A stretch of DNA of 64,000 bases from Octopus sinensis (lineage: Eukaryota): assembly GCF_006345805.1 (NCBI RefSeq), contig NC_042998.1:93062001-93126000 (forward strand), given 5' to 3'. The position numbers and the translations under genes were made by a program. This document shows positions 50,991 through 64,000 of this stretch, piece after piece (the stretch's first letter is position 1; the number at the start of each line of letters is the position of its first letter). The notes under the pieces are model-generated. The model ran no database searches, was not told the DNA's origin, and saw only the letters and a program-made list of their open reading frames with translations.

Positions 50991-51949
50991 ATATTCAATG
51001 TTTCCAGACCTTCACACATATGTATATGTATATAATTACGCACATGATAGTGGTGGTGGTGGTGGTGAGAACAAACACAGAGACACAACGATACACACTC
51101 ATATATACACATGGTGGACTTCCATACAGTTTACATCTGTTAAATTCACTTACAAGGCATAGGTTGGCCTGGGTTAGAAGAAACTCGACCAAGGTGACAC
51201 AGTAGAACTGAACCTGATACTAAATGGTTTCAAAGTGGGTTTCTTGATCACATAGCTATGCCTACAACTTTTAACCACAAAGCTATGCCTAATTTTATAT
51301 GTGAAAGAGAAAAAAATATATATTGGTTGGAAGAGAGAGATACTGTGTTCTGTTTACTATTTCATTGTAGCTATTCTGCAGATAAGAATTAATGTCCATT
51401 TTAGCATATGATCAAGAAGCTGAGAAAAAAACCACAAAAACACATGTCTATTCTGTCTTACTGCTGACCTCTACATATGAACCCTTTATAGATTTACTTT
51501 CTCTATTCAAGAGTTTGGGAAATTGTTACTATAGTTTCTAAATTGTATTCCTTGTTTTTCAAAAAAATCAGATTCATGAAGTAAAGCACAAATTTTTCTA
51601 ATTCTTTAGTATGAGTTCTGGGAAACAAAAGATGCTTTTATTTCACCCCCAAGTCAGCTCAGATTGAGTAAACTTATGAACAAAGACAGTCCAACTGTAA
51701 CCATCTTCTGAAGTTTTCCTGACACAGCATATCAGAACAATAGAGAAGCAGATAGGGCAGTGTGGTTGAAAAGTTTAGTTGCTGACCACATGACTTTGGG
51801 TTCAATCCCACTTGTGGACATCTTGCACAAGTATCTTCTACTATGGCCTCAAGCTGACCTAAGCTGGAGATTGTATATATATAAATATATACCTATATCT
51901 ATTGCAGATTAGTGTGGTCATTTCATAAAAAAACATGCTATTTTCTCTC

Positions 51950-52142
51950 TTTATCATGTGGATCATTGGTGATTTTTTTTTCTGTCTTCCTTTTCTCTTG
52001 GACTTTCATCCATCACCTATTTCTGATGAAGAGCTTTGCTTGAAACATAAAACTACCTTTCCTTCCTGAGTGTCTTCTAATACTTTGCATGTACCATGTC
52101 CTAGCGTTGTTGTTTTTTTCTTGTTCTTGTTTTTTTGGGGAT
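51950..52142 (+). mobile_element. Second copy of the 20157-20351 TA-flanked family, with hammerhead remnant at 52018-52053
   Basis: UUU-CUGAUGA-A-GAGC-UUU-GCUU-GAAA-CA-UA-AAAC; flanks align with the reverse complement of 20157-20351. Confidence 0.7.
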
Positions 52143-52269
52143 TTATATATTATATATTATATATATATATATATATTAATATTATTAGTAGTTAGGGAAT
52201 ATAAAAATTCCAAGCCAACAGGGAAAAATAATTCAATTTAAATCAAATATTACTGTTTAAAAATTCACA

Positions 52270-52346
<77 letters not shown>

Positions 52347-52390
52347 ATTTAGATTAATAATATATTTAATTAATTTCTATGTAGGTGTTA

Positions 52391-52935
52391 TATTGGGTTG
52401 TCTGGAAAGTCCGTGCCAATTTTTAAAGGAAAGAAAAAGGCCAATAAATACTTGCCATTACATTTTTAATCAACCAGATATGAACCATTTTGTTGCACAA
52501 TGCATCTCCATCTTTCCTTTGACTTGAAAATACCCTCTTTCCACAATTGAGGTGGTTTCATGGCAAAGAATTCATCAAGTATCTTTTTACGCCATCGAAG
52601 GAATTGAAATTTTTACCATTAAGACTATTCTGCAGAGACCTGAATAAGTGGAAATCCGAAGGAGCAATATCTGGTGAATATGGAGTGTGGAGTAACACAT
52701 CGCAGCCGAGTTGCAGCAATTTTTGTCTGGTCCCCAAAGCATCAAGTGCCAGAAATGTAACCCATTTTAAAGGGTTACAGAATTAACACAGGTTATAGGA
52801 ACATAAACCTTCTTCCATGAAAAGATAGCTTAAACTGTACTCTAAATGGAGGCGTAGACAAATCCTATTTTATGGACTCAACCATGTTTTAAAATAAGTC
52901 GAAAGGTAAGCTACTATAAATCGGACAACCCAATA
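52391..52935 (-). mobile_element. Internally deleted mariner (MITE-like)
   Basis: TIRs tattgggttgtc / gacaacccaata; retains PHSIFTRYCS-frame-shifted region reading PYSPDIAPSDFHLFRSLQNSL. Confidence 0.85.
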
Positions 52936-52989
52936 GATAATACCTTTTCAATATTGATTGAATAACTAAATAGCAGTTTGTCTCTAAAT

Positions 52990-53043
<54 letters not shown>

Positions 53044-55440
53044 AGGTCGCTCTTGGGTGCTACTGGTAACATGTAACCCAGTACAACACACATACACACA
53101 CACACACGGCATTAGGAAGGGCATCAAGACTTAGAAACCATGCCAAAGCAGACACTAAAACATGATGTAGTCCTTGGATGCACTAGATCCTTTCAAAGTG
53201 TCCAGCCCATACCAGCATGGAGTATGTATGTATGTATGTATGTATGTATGTATGTATGTATGTATGTATGTATGTATGTATGTATGTATAATTCTTAAAC
53301 AGTAATATTATTGAGAGTCAGTTAACTTTATATATATATAAGATGTCATTTCTCTCATCTCCTGATATTTTTTCTCTCCTATTTTCTTCTCTTCTATTCT
53401 ATTTCCTTTAAAAATTTCTCCCAGGCAATACCCATTACAATTCTTGGCCTAAAGGCCCTTAATGCTTGTTTTTATTGATCATTTACTTTGTACGTCCACT
53501 CCGTTGTTGTTTGTTTGTTTGTTCAAAATCCTAACTCTCCACAAATTTTATATATGTAAAATTTCTCGATGATGTTGTCTTATGAAGTTTTCCTATCTTG
53601 TCATTAAAAGCATGAAACAGGGAGTAGTAAAACAGTCACCAACTGATGAGCGAGTTATCATCTTTTGGTATTTTGTCCCTGTACTTATCTCTCGTGTGTT
53701 TACATGTTTTTCACTCGTTGGTGATGTCCTATACTTAATGAGTATTTTATATATTTATATATACATGCACACATCCAATTTTCCTACCAAATTTACTCAG
53801 AAGGCATTGGTTGGCTTGAGGCTATGGTGGAAGATACTTTCTCAAAGTGCTATAAAGTAGAACTGAACCCAAAACCTCATGGCTGCAAACCACATAGGAC
53901 TTTCTTAACTACAGAGCCATGCCTGCACTTAAACACAAACACACGTGCACGTACACATGCACACACACACACATGCACATACACACACACACACACACAT
54001 CTGTCATTTATATTATAGATAAAGTACAAAATAATTCAAATGCTTAGGTTCTCAGAAGATAAAAGTTAAAATGTAAAGATAAATCAATTTCAGTTGAATT
54101 CTGTGTTAGAATCTTAAAGTATTGATTATTTATTGATTAACTCTTTTTTTTTTTTGTACTACAGTAGTCTATTCTTAAATATCTATCTTATTTGCTCAGT
54201 TATTGTTTGATAGGGTTGCAAAGTGCAACACCTAATATTTAATTTATTCTATGAAAGATCTCAGAGATATTTTCAAAATTTAAATTGATAGATATTTCTT
54301 TTTGGAGGAATTTAGTAGCTAATCTGTTTGGTTGAATGATTGTTGTAGATGTTCCCAACATAAACCGAATCTAACGCATGAATGTTGGCCATGTTTTCTA
54401 GACTTTATTTTTTCTTTAGATTTTTAATATTTTAACAGCTTATTTCTCTCAAGGAAATACCAATTATTTATTATATTACTATAGGTCACAATAGAAGAAA
54501 ATTGATGAGTTAGAGGTCATAAAATATAGTTTATCTTATTTTTTTAATTGAAGGTACAGGTATGAGGGTGAAATTAACGAGTTAGTTTTCCAGCCACATA
54601 GTTCTGTGGTGTGTGCATGTATTAGAGTGTGTGTGTTTGGAAAAGTAGATGTTAAACAAGATTATTTCTTTATTTTTCTCCTTCTCCAAATTTCTATCAT
54701 TGTCCTGTTGGACTTTGAAACTTTTCAACGGGAGCTTGCCCTTTTTGCTTCACTAGACTAATTCTCTTTAACACAGCAATGCATACATGCCTATATCTTT
54801 TTCAGACTAGTGTGGTCATCTCAGAAAAAAAACATGAAATTTTCTCTCTTTATCTTTAATATATGTATGTGTATATATATATATATATATGTCAGGTTAC
54901 TCTACTGGTAACATGTAATTCAGTACAACCTGTTGCATGGTCAGGTCATTGGCAATTAAAGTAATCTTGTTTGGTGAGGGCGGGTGATTGTTGGACACCC
55001 TGCAGGATGAAAAATAAAACTGTCAATATGTGTACATGTGTATGTATGTATGCATGCATGTATGCGCAGGGATGTTGAAATACCTGGATTGGCATTCAGG
55101 CACACAGTTGGCCCACTGGGAGTAGGAGATCCCTCTTTTGTTGTCACAACATATCTCAAGGAGAGGGAAACTCTGAGAGAAAACCTGTGACACTGGCAAT
55201 ATTCAGTGATGTAGACTAGTTCTTCTTTTTGAGTTTATGTTGTCCATGTTCAGAGAGTGGGATTGGATTTGTGTAAACCCTTTCCTCACTATAAAAAAAA
55301 ATCATCATGCACAGGCATCGCTTGAAAAAAGTAAGACCTATCACAAAAATGGCTGGTTGTAGCTTTCACATGTGTGGGACTTTTGATCAGGCAATGTCAA
55401 TACTTAAACATGAGTTTGCAGCCATCATATATATATATAT

Positions 55441-55644
55441 GATGGGGTGCTGAAAAGCTCCTGACTCTAAGGGTATTGGGAAATGTCTGCTTGGAGGTCC
55501 AACCTTCCAAGTTCATTTACAGGGCTTAGAAGGACAGAAGGACCATTGCAATAAATGTGTGAATCTGAGAGGGGAATATGTTGAATGAAATCATAATTAA
55601 CTGACTTTTTTTTGCCCAAAGCCAAGAACTTTTCAGCACCCCTC
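55441..55644 (+). mobile_element. ~200-bp mariner-derived MITE
   Basis: TIRs ggggtgctgaaaag / cttttcagcacccc; retains transposase C-terminus HCNKCVNLRGEYVE*. Confidence 0.8.
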
Positions 55645-55685
<41 letters not shown>

Positions 55686-55686
<1 letters not shown>

Positions 55687-56198
55687 CTATATATATAAAA
55701 CTGTAGTTGTGTGAATGTCTGTCCCCTTCGATTTAGATTCCTAACTACTCCCACATTTTGCGGTGCAGTTTAACCAAATGCGGGTATCTTATAGTCGTGA
55801 TTCATATCGAGCCTGTCTGAGTATTAGCGCGCGTCTACGATGAGTCTACGATTTTAAAAATAATTTAACATCATTTTTTATTCCATTTTAATGCATAATT
55901 TTTCGTGTGTCGATGGCGGCGGATTTGGCGTCAATGGTCACACCTGCACCTGTTTGCTTCTCCCCCTTCTTCCCTCCCTCGTGAAGCTGTGGGGAAGGGA
56001 GTGTAAGGAAATCAACGTCGTAAAGCGTTGTCAAGGAGATGAGCGTTCTTTTAGAACAACGACTTCATGGCTTGAAGACACCAAAACAGAAATGGCTAAG
56101 AAAGCCCGAATTGGCATCTATAAGGGAAGTAACTCTCTAAAAATGCTTATATAGTTATTTCCCTTACAAACCCGAGCAACGCCGGGCGATACTGCTAG
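55686..56198 (+). mobile_element. Non-autonomous Helitron
   Basis: 5' TCtatatatataaaa; 3' hairpin cccgagcaacgccggg then CTAG; A/T insertion site. Confidence 0.85.
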
Positions 56199-56236
56199 TA
56201 TATATATACATATGTATTTACGTATGTCTATATGTA

Positions 56237-56270
<34 letters not shown>

Positions 56271-57688
56271 TGAGGTGTAACTGCATCTTCTAAAAGTTAT
56301 GAGACTATCCTAGATTATTGAAATTTAATATACCATTACTGTATATCTGATAAGCTGACCTGTCAACTTTTTTGTTCTTCGGACACACTTTATTAAATAC
56401 TGCTTGTCACAGTTGAGTAGTTTGCAAAATGTTGTTGGGACGTGAAGGCAACGTGGAAGTTCACTATACAATAAAATTTTGTGCTAAACTGGATAAAAAC
56501 ACTGCAGAAACTAATGAATTGCTTTAGACTGCTTATGGATTAAGTTGAGCTGAGCATCTGTTTTTCCCCAGTACAGCTGGTTCAAAGATGGTAGTGAAGA
56601 GATGGGAGATGATGTAAGGTGTGGAAGAGAGAGAGACATCAGAGCAAGTTGTGGAAATTCCCAATTTTCAGGATGGAAACCTTTGTGTGTCTACAAAGAC
56701 AATAAGCATACAGTTTGGGGTTGATGCGGCAATTGTGCACAGAATTATTCATAAAGATCTGAACATGCAAAAATTCATACAAAGTTTGTTTCCAGGGTGC
56801 TCAGTGATGAACAGAAGGAAGACGTGTTGGTGACAGCCAAGAGATGGCTGAGCTCATTACGTAGAGTGCTTGAGTCCTTGATGGACTGTGATAAAAGCTG
56901 GAACCACAGTTATGATCCAGGGTTCAAGTGACAAAGTAGCCAATGGAAATATTCTGGCTCCCCCAGGTCAAAGAACACTAGGAAAGCAAGTCAGTTGGGA
57001 AACTCATTACGGTACTCTTTTTTGACAGCAAGAGTATCACCTACATCCGTTGGGTTCCCTCTGGCCAGATGATGATCTAAGAGTACTTTGTAGAGGTTTC
57101 CAAATGAGTTAGTAGCACCAGGACTGTGCATCATTCCACAATCTCAGCCTGGTGCCAACTAATTGATAGACATGGACACCAAAATTGTCCCTCATCCTCC
57201 TACAGTCCAAACCTTTCTCCCTAAGACATTTCGTTGTTCCTTAACCCTTTCGTTAGTGTATTTATTTTGAGATTCTCTGTGTTTCTTTCAATTACTTTAA
57301 ATATAACAAAGAATTTAGTAAAATAACTTAGTTATCTAAGTTAGTGTTAGGAACATAAATTGTGAGTAAGGTTTGGTGGAAGATTTTAATTCAAACTTTT
57401 GAAAACAAGACATTTATACTATACAGCCAGAGCTGGTTTCAGCCTGGTTGGTAACGAAAGGGTTAAGCTGAATAAGAACCTTTGAAGCAGTCATTTTGAA
57501 GTCGTTGAGAAGATGAAGAAAGTCATGATAAGGGTCCTGGTCTTCAATGGGGTTCTCACGAGGTGGTTAGCATACTGTAACAAGTGAATTGCAGCCAGAA
57601 GATCCTGCTTTGAAGGAGATTAGAGTTTTGTATTTCTTTGAAATTAATAGATCTCTCCTCAAATATCTCAAAACTTCTGGTGTGCACC

Positions 57689-57691
<3 letters not shown>
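56271..57691 (+). mobile_element. Old mariner relic
   Basis: HYTIKFCAKLDKNTAETNELL*TAYG; C-terminal ..FEGD*; interrupted at 57241-57466. Confidence 0.75.
57241..57466. mobile_element. piggyBac-type MITE
   Basis: TTAA-ccctttcgtta ... taacgaaaggg-TTAA. Confidence 0.85.
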
Positions 57692-57750
<59 letters not shown>

Positions 57751-60099
57751 TTTTGTGCTTCTTTGTGTTGACATCATGCAATAGTTGTAAATGAGTACCA
57801 CTATCATACAAGCAGTGCCATTCATTTGCAAATTTCATGTAAACATTTCCAATCATGGAGAAATATTAGTTTGCTTGGAATCAAGTGAGGGTTTATAACA
57901 GGAAGGACATCTAACCATAGAAAATATTTCTCAACAAAGAAATTCTACTTGCTTCAGGCAAGCAAAAATAAAAGTAGTTGCTAAAATAGTGATGTTGGTG
58001 ATGATGATGATTATAAGGAGGAGGAGGAGGATCTCTGATAATTATAATGATGAATTAATAACAGAATATTATGGTATATGAAACGTTTAAACAATGCAAA
58101 TGCAGATCATGGAAAAAAAACCAACAAAAGGCTGTTTCATAAAAATAAGACACAAACATAAAGACAGATAAAATGCTATAAAATTTGTTAATGTATGCAA
58201 TGAAACATATCATTCTCAAAAATTCATAAAGCTTTTTATTCAACTCCAGATGTTACTTATTTGTGTGGTATATCTTTAGTTGATTTTCACCTTTTCTTTT
58301 TTTTCTCTTTTTTTTTTTGAACTTACTGAGTCATTTATCAAACTATTAATACTTGTTACTGGATGGGGCATTATTTAACTAAAGTAATATATTCATTTTA
58401 AGTTTCATAGATAAATTGATGAATATTGGCATATGTTACATATTGTTGACACCCTCTGGTCCATAGCTCTATGCTTAACTTACTATAATGCTAATGCTGT
58501 CAAGCTGACAAAGAACTCCTGATCTTGGATTCAATACAACTTTTTTTATTAAGAACCAAATGGAGCCACTGCTTTCCCAGGAGTCTTTTGTTAAAATATC
58601 CCTTGTAAAGTTGTCCACCCACCTTGCACTATTACCACCACCACCACCACCAAAACCACCACCACCACCACCACCACCACCACCATCACCATCACCACCA
58701 CTACACTTGAGAAGGGCATTTAGCCTTGTAACATGTGTGTGACTCCTAAGTGCTATGTTCAATTATCTGAACAAGTGATGTGGTATTGACAGCTGTATGA
58801 AAAATAAAAAAAATAAATAAATAAGTGAATAAATAAATAATTAGGGAAACAGATTGTAAGCAGGAAGAAAGGGGCCTATTCTGAAAACTAGGAAGAGATA
58901 TCAAGTGGAAAGTGTATTCATTGATAGCAATTACTTTCTGAATAAAAAAAAAATTGAATATTTAACCTTAGGTTTAAAGCAATGATAAGCTTATCTTTAT
59001 TTTGAAAGATAATTAATAGATTACTAAACAATATGAACATAGTAGAAAATAGACAAAAAGAAAAAAGAACATACACACAAAAAAAAATAACAAAGTAATT
59101 TGACAGAATAACCTGTGGGAAAATGAAAATAGTTGGAAGCAGAAAAAATGTATTTAGAATCTTGAGTTAGTTTAATCCTTTTGTTACTGTATTTCTGTTG
59201 AAATACACTGCCTTTGTTTCAATTAATTTGGAAAATGGAGAAGAATTTGGTAAAATAACTGTGTCATTATTAAGCTGGTGTTTGGAATATCAATAGTAAA
59301 TTTTGATGAAAATGTTTTCATTTAGATCACTTTAAAATATAAAATTTGCATCAAGGAACAAGGGTGGTCTTCGATGAGCTGCTATCAAAGAGACTCAACG
59401 TTTTTGAAGTGATAAACAAAATTCAGTGTCAATCAGTATTTAGTAATGTCTTTTGTTTCTATATCAATATACTTGGAGGGGAAGATTCAGAGAAAAAAAT
59501 ATTGTAAGGTAAATATGTGGTATTTAGCTACATCACTTTATGTTCCGAGTTCAAATCCTACTGAGGTCAAATTTGTCTTTTTTCCTTCTGGGGTTGATAA
59601 GATGAATACCAGTCCTATACAGTATTTGATATCATCTATTCTGACCATGCCACAAAATGTGTGGTCTTGCGCCAAAGTTAGAAATCAATAGATATTCTTC
59701 AATGAAAATATTTAATTAAATTAAGCAACTTTAACAAGACATTTTAGTTAATCTACACATGAGAAATGAATAAAGATTGCATTATTCTAAGTCAGGTCTT
59801 TATTAGGTCACTGTGCAGCTAATTAATTTAGGCATATCTTAAGCTAACAGAGAAAGTAGACTTTGAGGCAGATGCATAGCTACAATAAAGACTAAGATCA
59901 CATGGGAAATAGATTTTCTGGAATGCTCAGGAAGATCCTGAGAGATAGATTATGTTACCTAGGAAACCTAATCAGTAGTTGAAGATGGATGTGCTGAAGG
60001 TATAATTGCATAAGAACTGGCTGGTGAAAGTTCAGGGAGCTATGACCTCTGCTGGTAACAAAAAGCTTAATCCTCAGAGTAAAAGGCAGATTGGATGAT

Positions 60100-60500
60100 A
60101 CTCATTTATAAGCAACAATGCTATGTGGTTGCAAAACTCAGGTGTACATGCAGAAGACATGTGAAAACTAGAAAGAAATGAAGCCAGCATAATTTGTTTA
60201 ATGTACAGCATCAGTGTATATTTACAAGAAAATACAAATGTGTTAAGAAAAAGTTGAGCATAAGAGGCATCAGATGTGGTATACTAGAAAGAAGGCTGAG
60301 CTGGTATGGTCAAGTAATGTGGATGGATGAGGATGGCTGCATATATAAGTGCCAATCACTAAGCATTGATAGAATTTTGGGAAGAAGGAGATCCAGGAAG
60401 ACATGGGAAGAAATAGTGAAGACTGACCTTACAATGTTAAGCCTCATGGAAGAGATAACAAAGGACTGAGATGACTGGCAATATACAGTGCTTGAGAACT
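60100..60500 (+). mobile_element. RTE LINE C-terminal fragment
   Basis: KLSIRGIRCGILERRLSWYGQVMWMDEDG...GRRRSRKTWEE. Confidence 0.75.
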
Positions 60501-61089
60501 TCCATCCATCTCAGGAAAAATAAGGTCCTGTCAAGCTCTCCCCCACAACTCATCTTACACCCACCCCATAATTTTTCTAACTGTAATACTACTCACTCAA
60601 GTGCTATAAATGATACCATTTATCCTCCTACACATCTTATTGTTCTTTATCACCTCCTCCCTAACTCACTCTCATTTCCTTCACTTCCTCTCTCTCCCCA
60701 AACTGATATTCACTGTGTCCACATCGACCCCCATCTCTAATCATCTGCCACTCTTTTCACACTCATGCAAGCTTACCTATCCATCTACTCTCTCATACTT
60801 TCACCTTCTTTATTAAAACCCAGTCATTCAAGGGATATTGTCTTGTGAATTATTCGGTGACCTCACTAATGCTGGAGCAACAAAAGAGAAAAAGCACCCA
60901 GCATGCTCTGTTAAGTAGTTGGGGGTTAGGAAGGGCATCTAGTTGTAGAAACCATATCAAAGCAGACATTGAAACTTGGTTCAGTCCTCTGGCTCATTGG
61001 GTCCTGTCAAACAGTACAACTCATGCCAACATGGGAAAAGGGTAGTTAGATGTTGTTGATGTTGTTGTTGTTGTTGTTGTTGTTGATGA

Positions 61090-61172
<83 letters not shown>

Positions 61173-62100
61173 GTTGTTCCACAATTTATTCTGTCACATA
61201 TCCATCCATCTATTTTGTCACATATCCATTCTTGCTTTTACTCTTTCCAAGCATTCCATAAACATATTCCATAAACAATATTGCTCAACCTTAAAGAAGC
61301 TGATATCAGATCCTTATAATTAGATACAGCAGTTTAAAAATAACATTTACAAATAAGATTTACATAGAGATCCATGATTCCCAGGTAATATTTTTTGATT
61401 TTTTTAGGTTATATATTATAGCAGTAGCCTTTCACATTTCAGCAACAACTGAAAGCAGTAATTTATAGGAAGAGAATAGATAGTAGATCACACAAATAGT
61501 CTGCTGTCTTTCAGAAAGTAAAGAGATACTGTGTCAGATAATTAGATTACAAAAACATTAACAAATTTTCAAACTTTCAAATTTGCACTTCTTGAAGTAT
61601 GAGTCAAATAATAGATAACTCTAAGCAGAATTCTTGATAACTCTAAATGGAATTTTTGAAACATTATTGATTTCATTTTAAGAATAATTCTGTCTACTTT
61701 AATAATTTCCTGTTCAAATAGACTTGCTACATTCAATCTAGTTTCTTTTGTGTGAAGTAGGAGATATTTAAAAAAATATAATGATAAAATGTTTATATGA
61801 TAAAAGATAATTTAATTAAACTTTTAAAATAATCTTTCAAAATAAAGTTTATTTTAAAAGTTCAGCATTATACTTCATAAAGACTTTCTGAAGACAATGA
61901 AAATTGTCCAACAAAATGACATCTGTATTTGATAAAAGCAACCTTTTACTTCATGTTGCCATTCAAGAAACAACTTATTTTATCTCATCAATAACCTCTG
62001 GTTATTGGTGGTCAAATGTTTATTGAGGAAATTTTGTTTCAACTAAATTATTATTATAATTATTATCATTATTATTATTATTATCATCATTGCCTTTGCG

Positions 62101-62258
62101 CAGCTTCTAATGCTGGAGATGTACTACAGTGTCAGCTGTTCACTACCAGTGAACAAAGGTAACACCTCTTATTTTTCGAGAACTTTCTAAGGGTTGTTAC
62201 CTTAGTTAGCTGGTAGTGAACAGCTGACACCATAGTACATCTCCAGCATTAGAAGCTG
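62101..62258. repeat. ~160-bp hairpin element embedded in (ATT)n
   Basis: 49-bp arms 62101-62149 / 62210-62258 plus inner stem aaggtaac / gttacctt. Confidence 0.85.
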
Positions 62259-62265
62259 AGCATCA

Positions 62266-62305
<40 letters not shown>

Positions 62306-62533
62306 CATTATTGTTATTATTATTAAGGTGGCAAGCTGGTAAAATCATAAGCATGCTGGGCAAAATGCTTAGCATTTCATCCATCTTTACATTCAAATTC
62401 TTCCGGGGTCAACTTTGCCTTTCATTCTTTAGGGGTCAATAAAATAAAGTACCAGTTGAACACTGGGGTTGAGATAATCGACTTAAACCGGCCTCTAAAC
62501 TTGCTGGCCTTGTGCCAAAATTTGAAACCATTA

Positions 62534-62579
<46 letters not shown>

Positions 62580-62849
62580 CATTATTATTATTATTATTAT
62601 TATTATTAGGCGAGCTGGCAGAATAGTTTTACTTTCCTACAATATAATTAATTACCATATCCTATATACTGTGTCCTTGCATATTAGGTGATTATTTCAG
62701 AAATATTTTCACCTTTTAAACAAAAACTGTCTAATACATTCCTATCAATTGAAACACTCTGAATCATTTTGGAGATTTATTGTTTTAATAACAAGTTTTA
62801 AAATATGGATAATTGCATGAGGGACACAGCATAAGGGCGTTAGTGTAGA

Positions 62850-63452
62850 AGGAGAGAATGGTTGCATGAGGAACAGCAGGAGGAAATAAGGAATCAAAAT
62901 CGTTTGAGAATGAGACAAAGAAATTAAATAAACCAAGAGGAGAGGGAGCATATCCTACGACATAGGAGGGAAAGAAATCAGCAAAGGATAGAACAAATGA
63001 GCCAGGACTAAAGAGAAGTGTATTTTCAAAATAAGAGAGATAGAGATCAACAGAATCGAGAACACATGAGTCAAGAGCAAAAGCAGCTGTACTTAGAAAA
63101 TATGAGAAACAGAGTTCAAGAAAGAAGGTAAATTATGGAAGAAGATGAAACACAGAATTATTTTATGACAGACAGAACTCAAATAAGATGGAATATAATA
63201 AAAGAACAACAAAATTCTCAATTTATGATTAGTGAGGTGAACGTAGTATGCCCGCACTGTCAAGCACATAGATTTCCACAGGAAGCATTTAATTGCTGCC
63301 ATAATGGTAAGGTTTTCTTGCCTAATTAAACCAACTTTTGGGAAAATACCAACATTAAAGGAATGAACTTTGGACAGAACATCAGAAACTATAATTCAAT
63401 GTATTCATTCACCTCATTTGGAGCCAATGTTACACCATCCCCTGGTCATGGC
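62850..63452 (+). mobile_element. Helitron RepHel N-terminal fragment (pseudogene)
   Basis: R/E/Q-rich coiled coil, then VCPHCQAHRFPQEAFNCCHNGKVFLP and NFGQNIRNYNSMYSFTSFGAN. Confidence 0.88.
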
Positions 63453-64000
63453 TCTGTCGCAATATACTTTTCTACTATAGGCACAAGTCCTAAAATTTTT
63501 CGGGGGGGGGGGGCAGTCGATTAGATCGACCCCAGTACGCAACTAGTACTTAATTTATTTCTATATTTTTTGTTAAGTTACAGTTTCCCTGTTTTGTTCA
63601 GGATTTTTCCAGTTTCTTTTTTCTTGTATCAAGTAATGGACGATAGAATTTAAAAAAAATTAAATTTATAAGGCCAAGCAAAATCAAAAATATCAATTCT
63701 ATTTTCTCCTTTCCTTGATACTAACAAAAGAGATATTTGGTTATTATTTCTTGCAAATTGAACAACCACACAGAGTTGTTCAATTGGCTCATTTGTTGAT
63801 GTGTATAAGTAAACAAAAACTAAAAGACACATAAACACATACACACACATATATATGAATGTGTCTGTGTTTGCTCCTCCCACCACCATTGCTTGACAAC
63901 CGATGTAGGTGTGTTTGCGTCCTTGTAACTTAGCTGTTCAACTGAAGAGACTGATAGAATAAGCAACAGGCTTACAGGGAATAAGTCCAGGTGTCAATTT

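Noticed and set aside
53560-53730. CUCGAUGA...GAAAC...GUA and a nearby CUGAUGA-GCGAG/CUCGU
   Set aside because: The first has a disrupted core and weak helix I; the second lacks GAAA after helix II.
61885-61915. CUGAAGA-CAAU-GAAA
   Set aside because: There is no room for helix II; chance match.

Overview
AT-rich, microsatellite-dense eukaryotic DNA. The repeat families look like a cephalopod (Octopus-type) genome; this is inferred from repeat content only. I found no convincing host exon, rRNA, tRNA or CRISPR array, and most ORFs in the track are translations of microsatellites or SINEs. The window is a mosaic of decayed mobile elements: SINEs, RTE LINE fragments, R4/Dong-like LINEs stacked in (AAT)n, mariner relics and MITEs, a piggyBac-type MITE, Helitrons, and three kinds of Penelope-like element (PLE) fragment. 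One PLE fragment appears to have the permuted, endonuclease-first (Naiad-type) order. A near-identical 3.02-kb tandem duplication spans 14.1-20.2 kb. The strongest unexplained signal is a set of about 15 type-I hammerhead ribozyme (HHR) or HHR-like motifs (counting duplicated copies) from several unrelated short sequence families. They sit mostly next to (TA)n tracts, most have a palindromic helix III, several occur as inverted pairs forming long foldbacks, and two families have non-canonical cores (GUGAAUA, CUGUGGA). All folds were assigned by eye and activity is untested.
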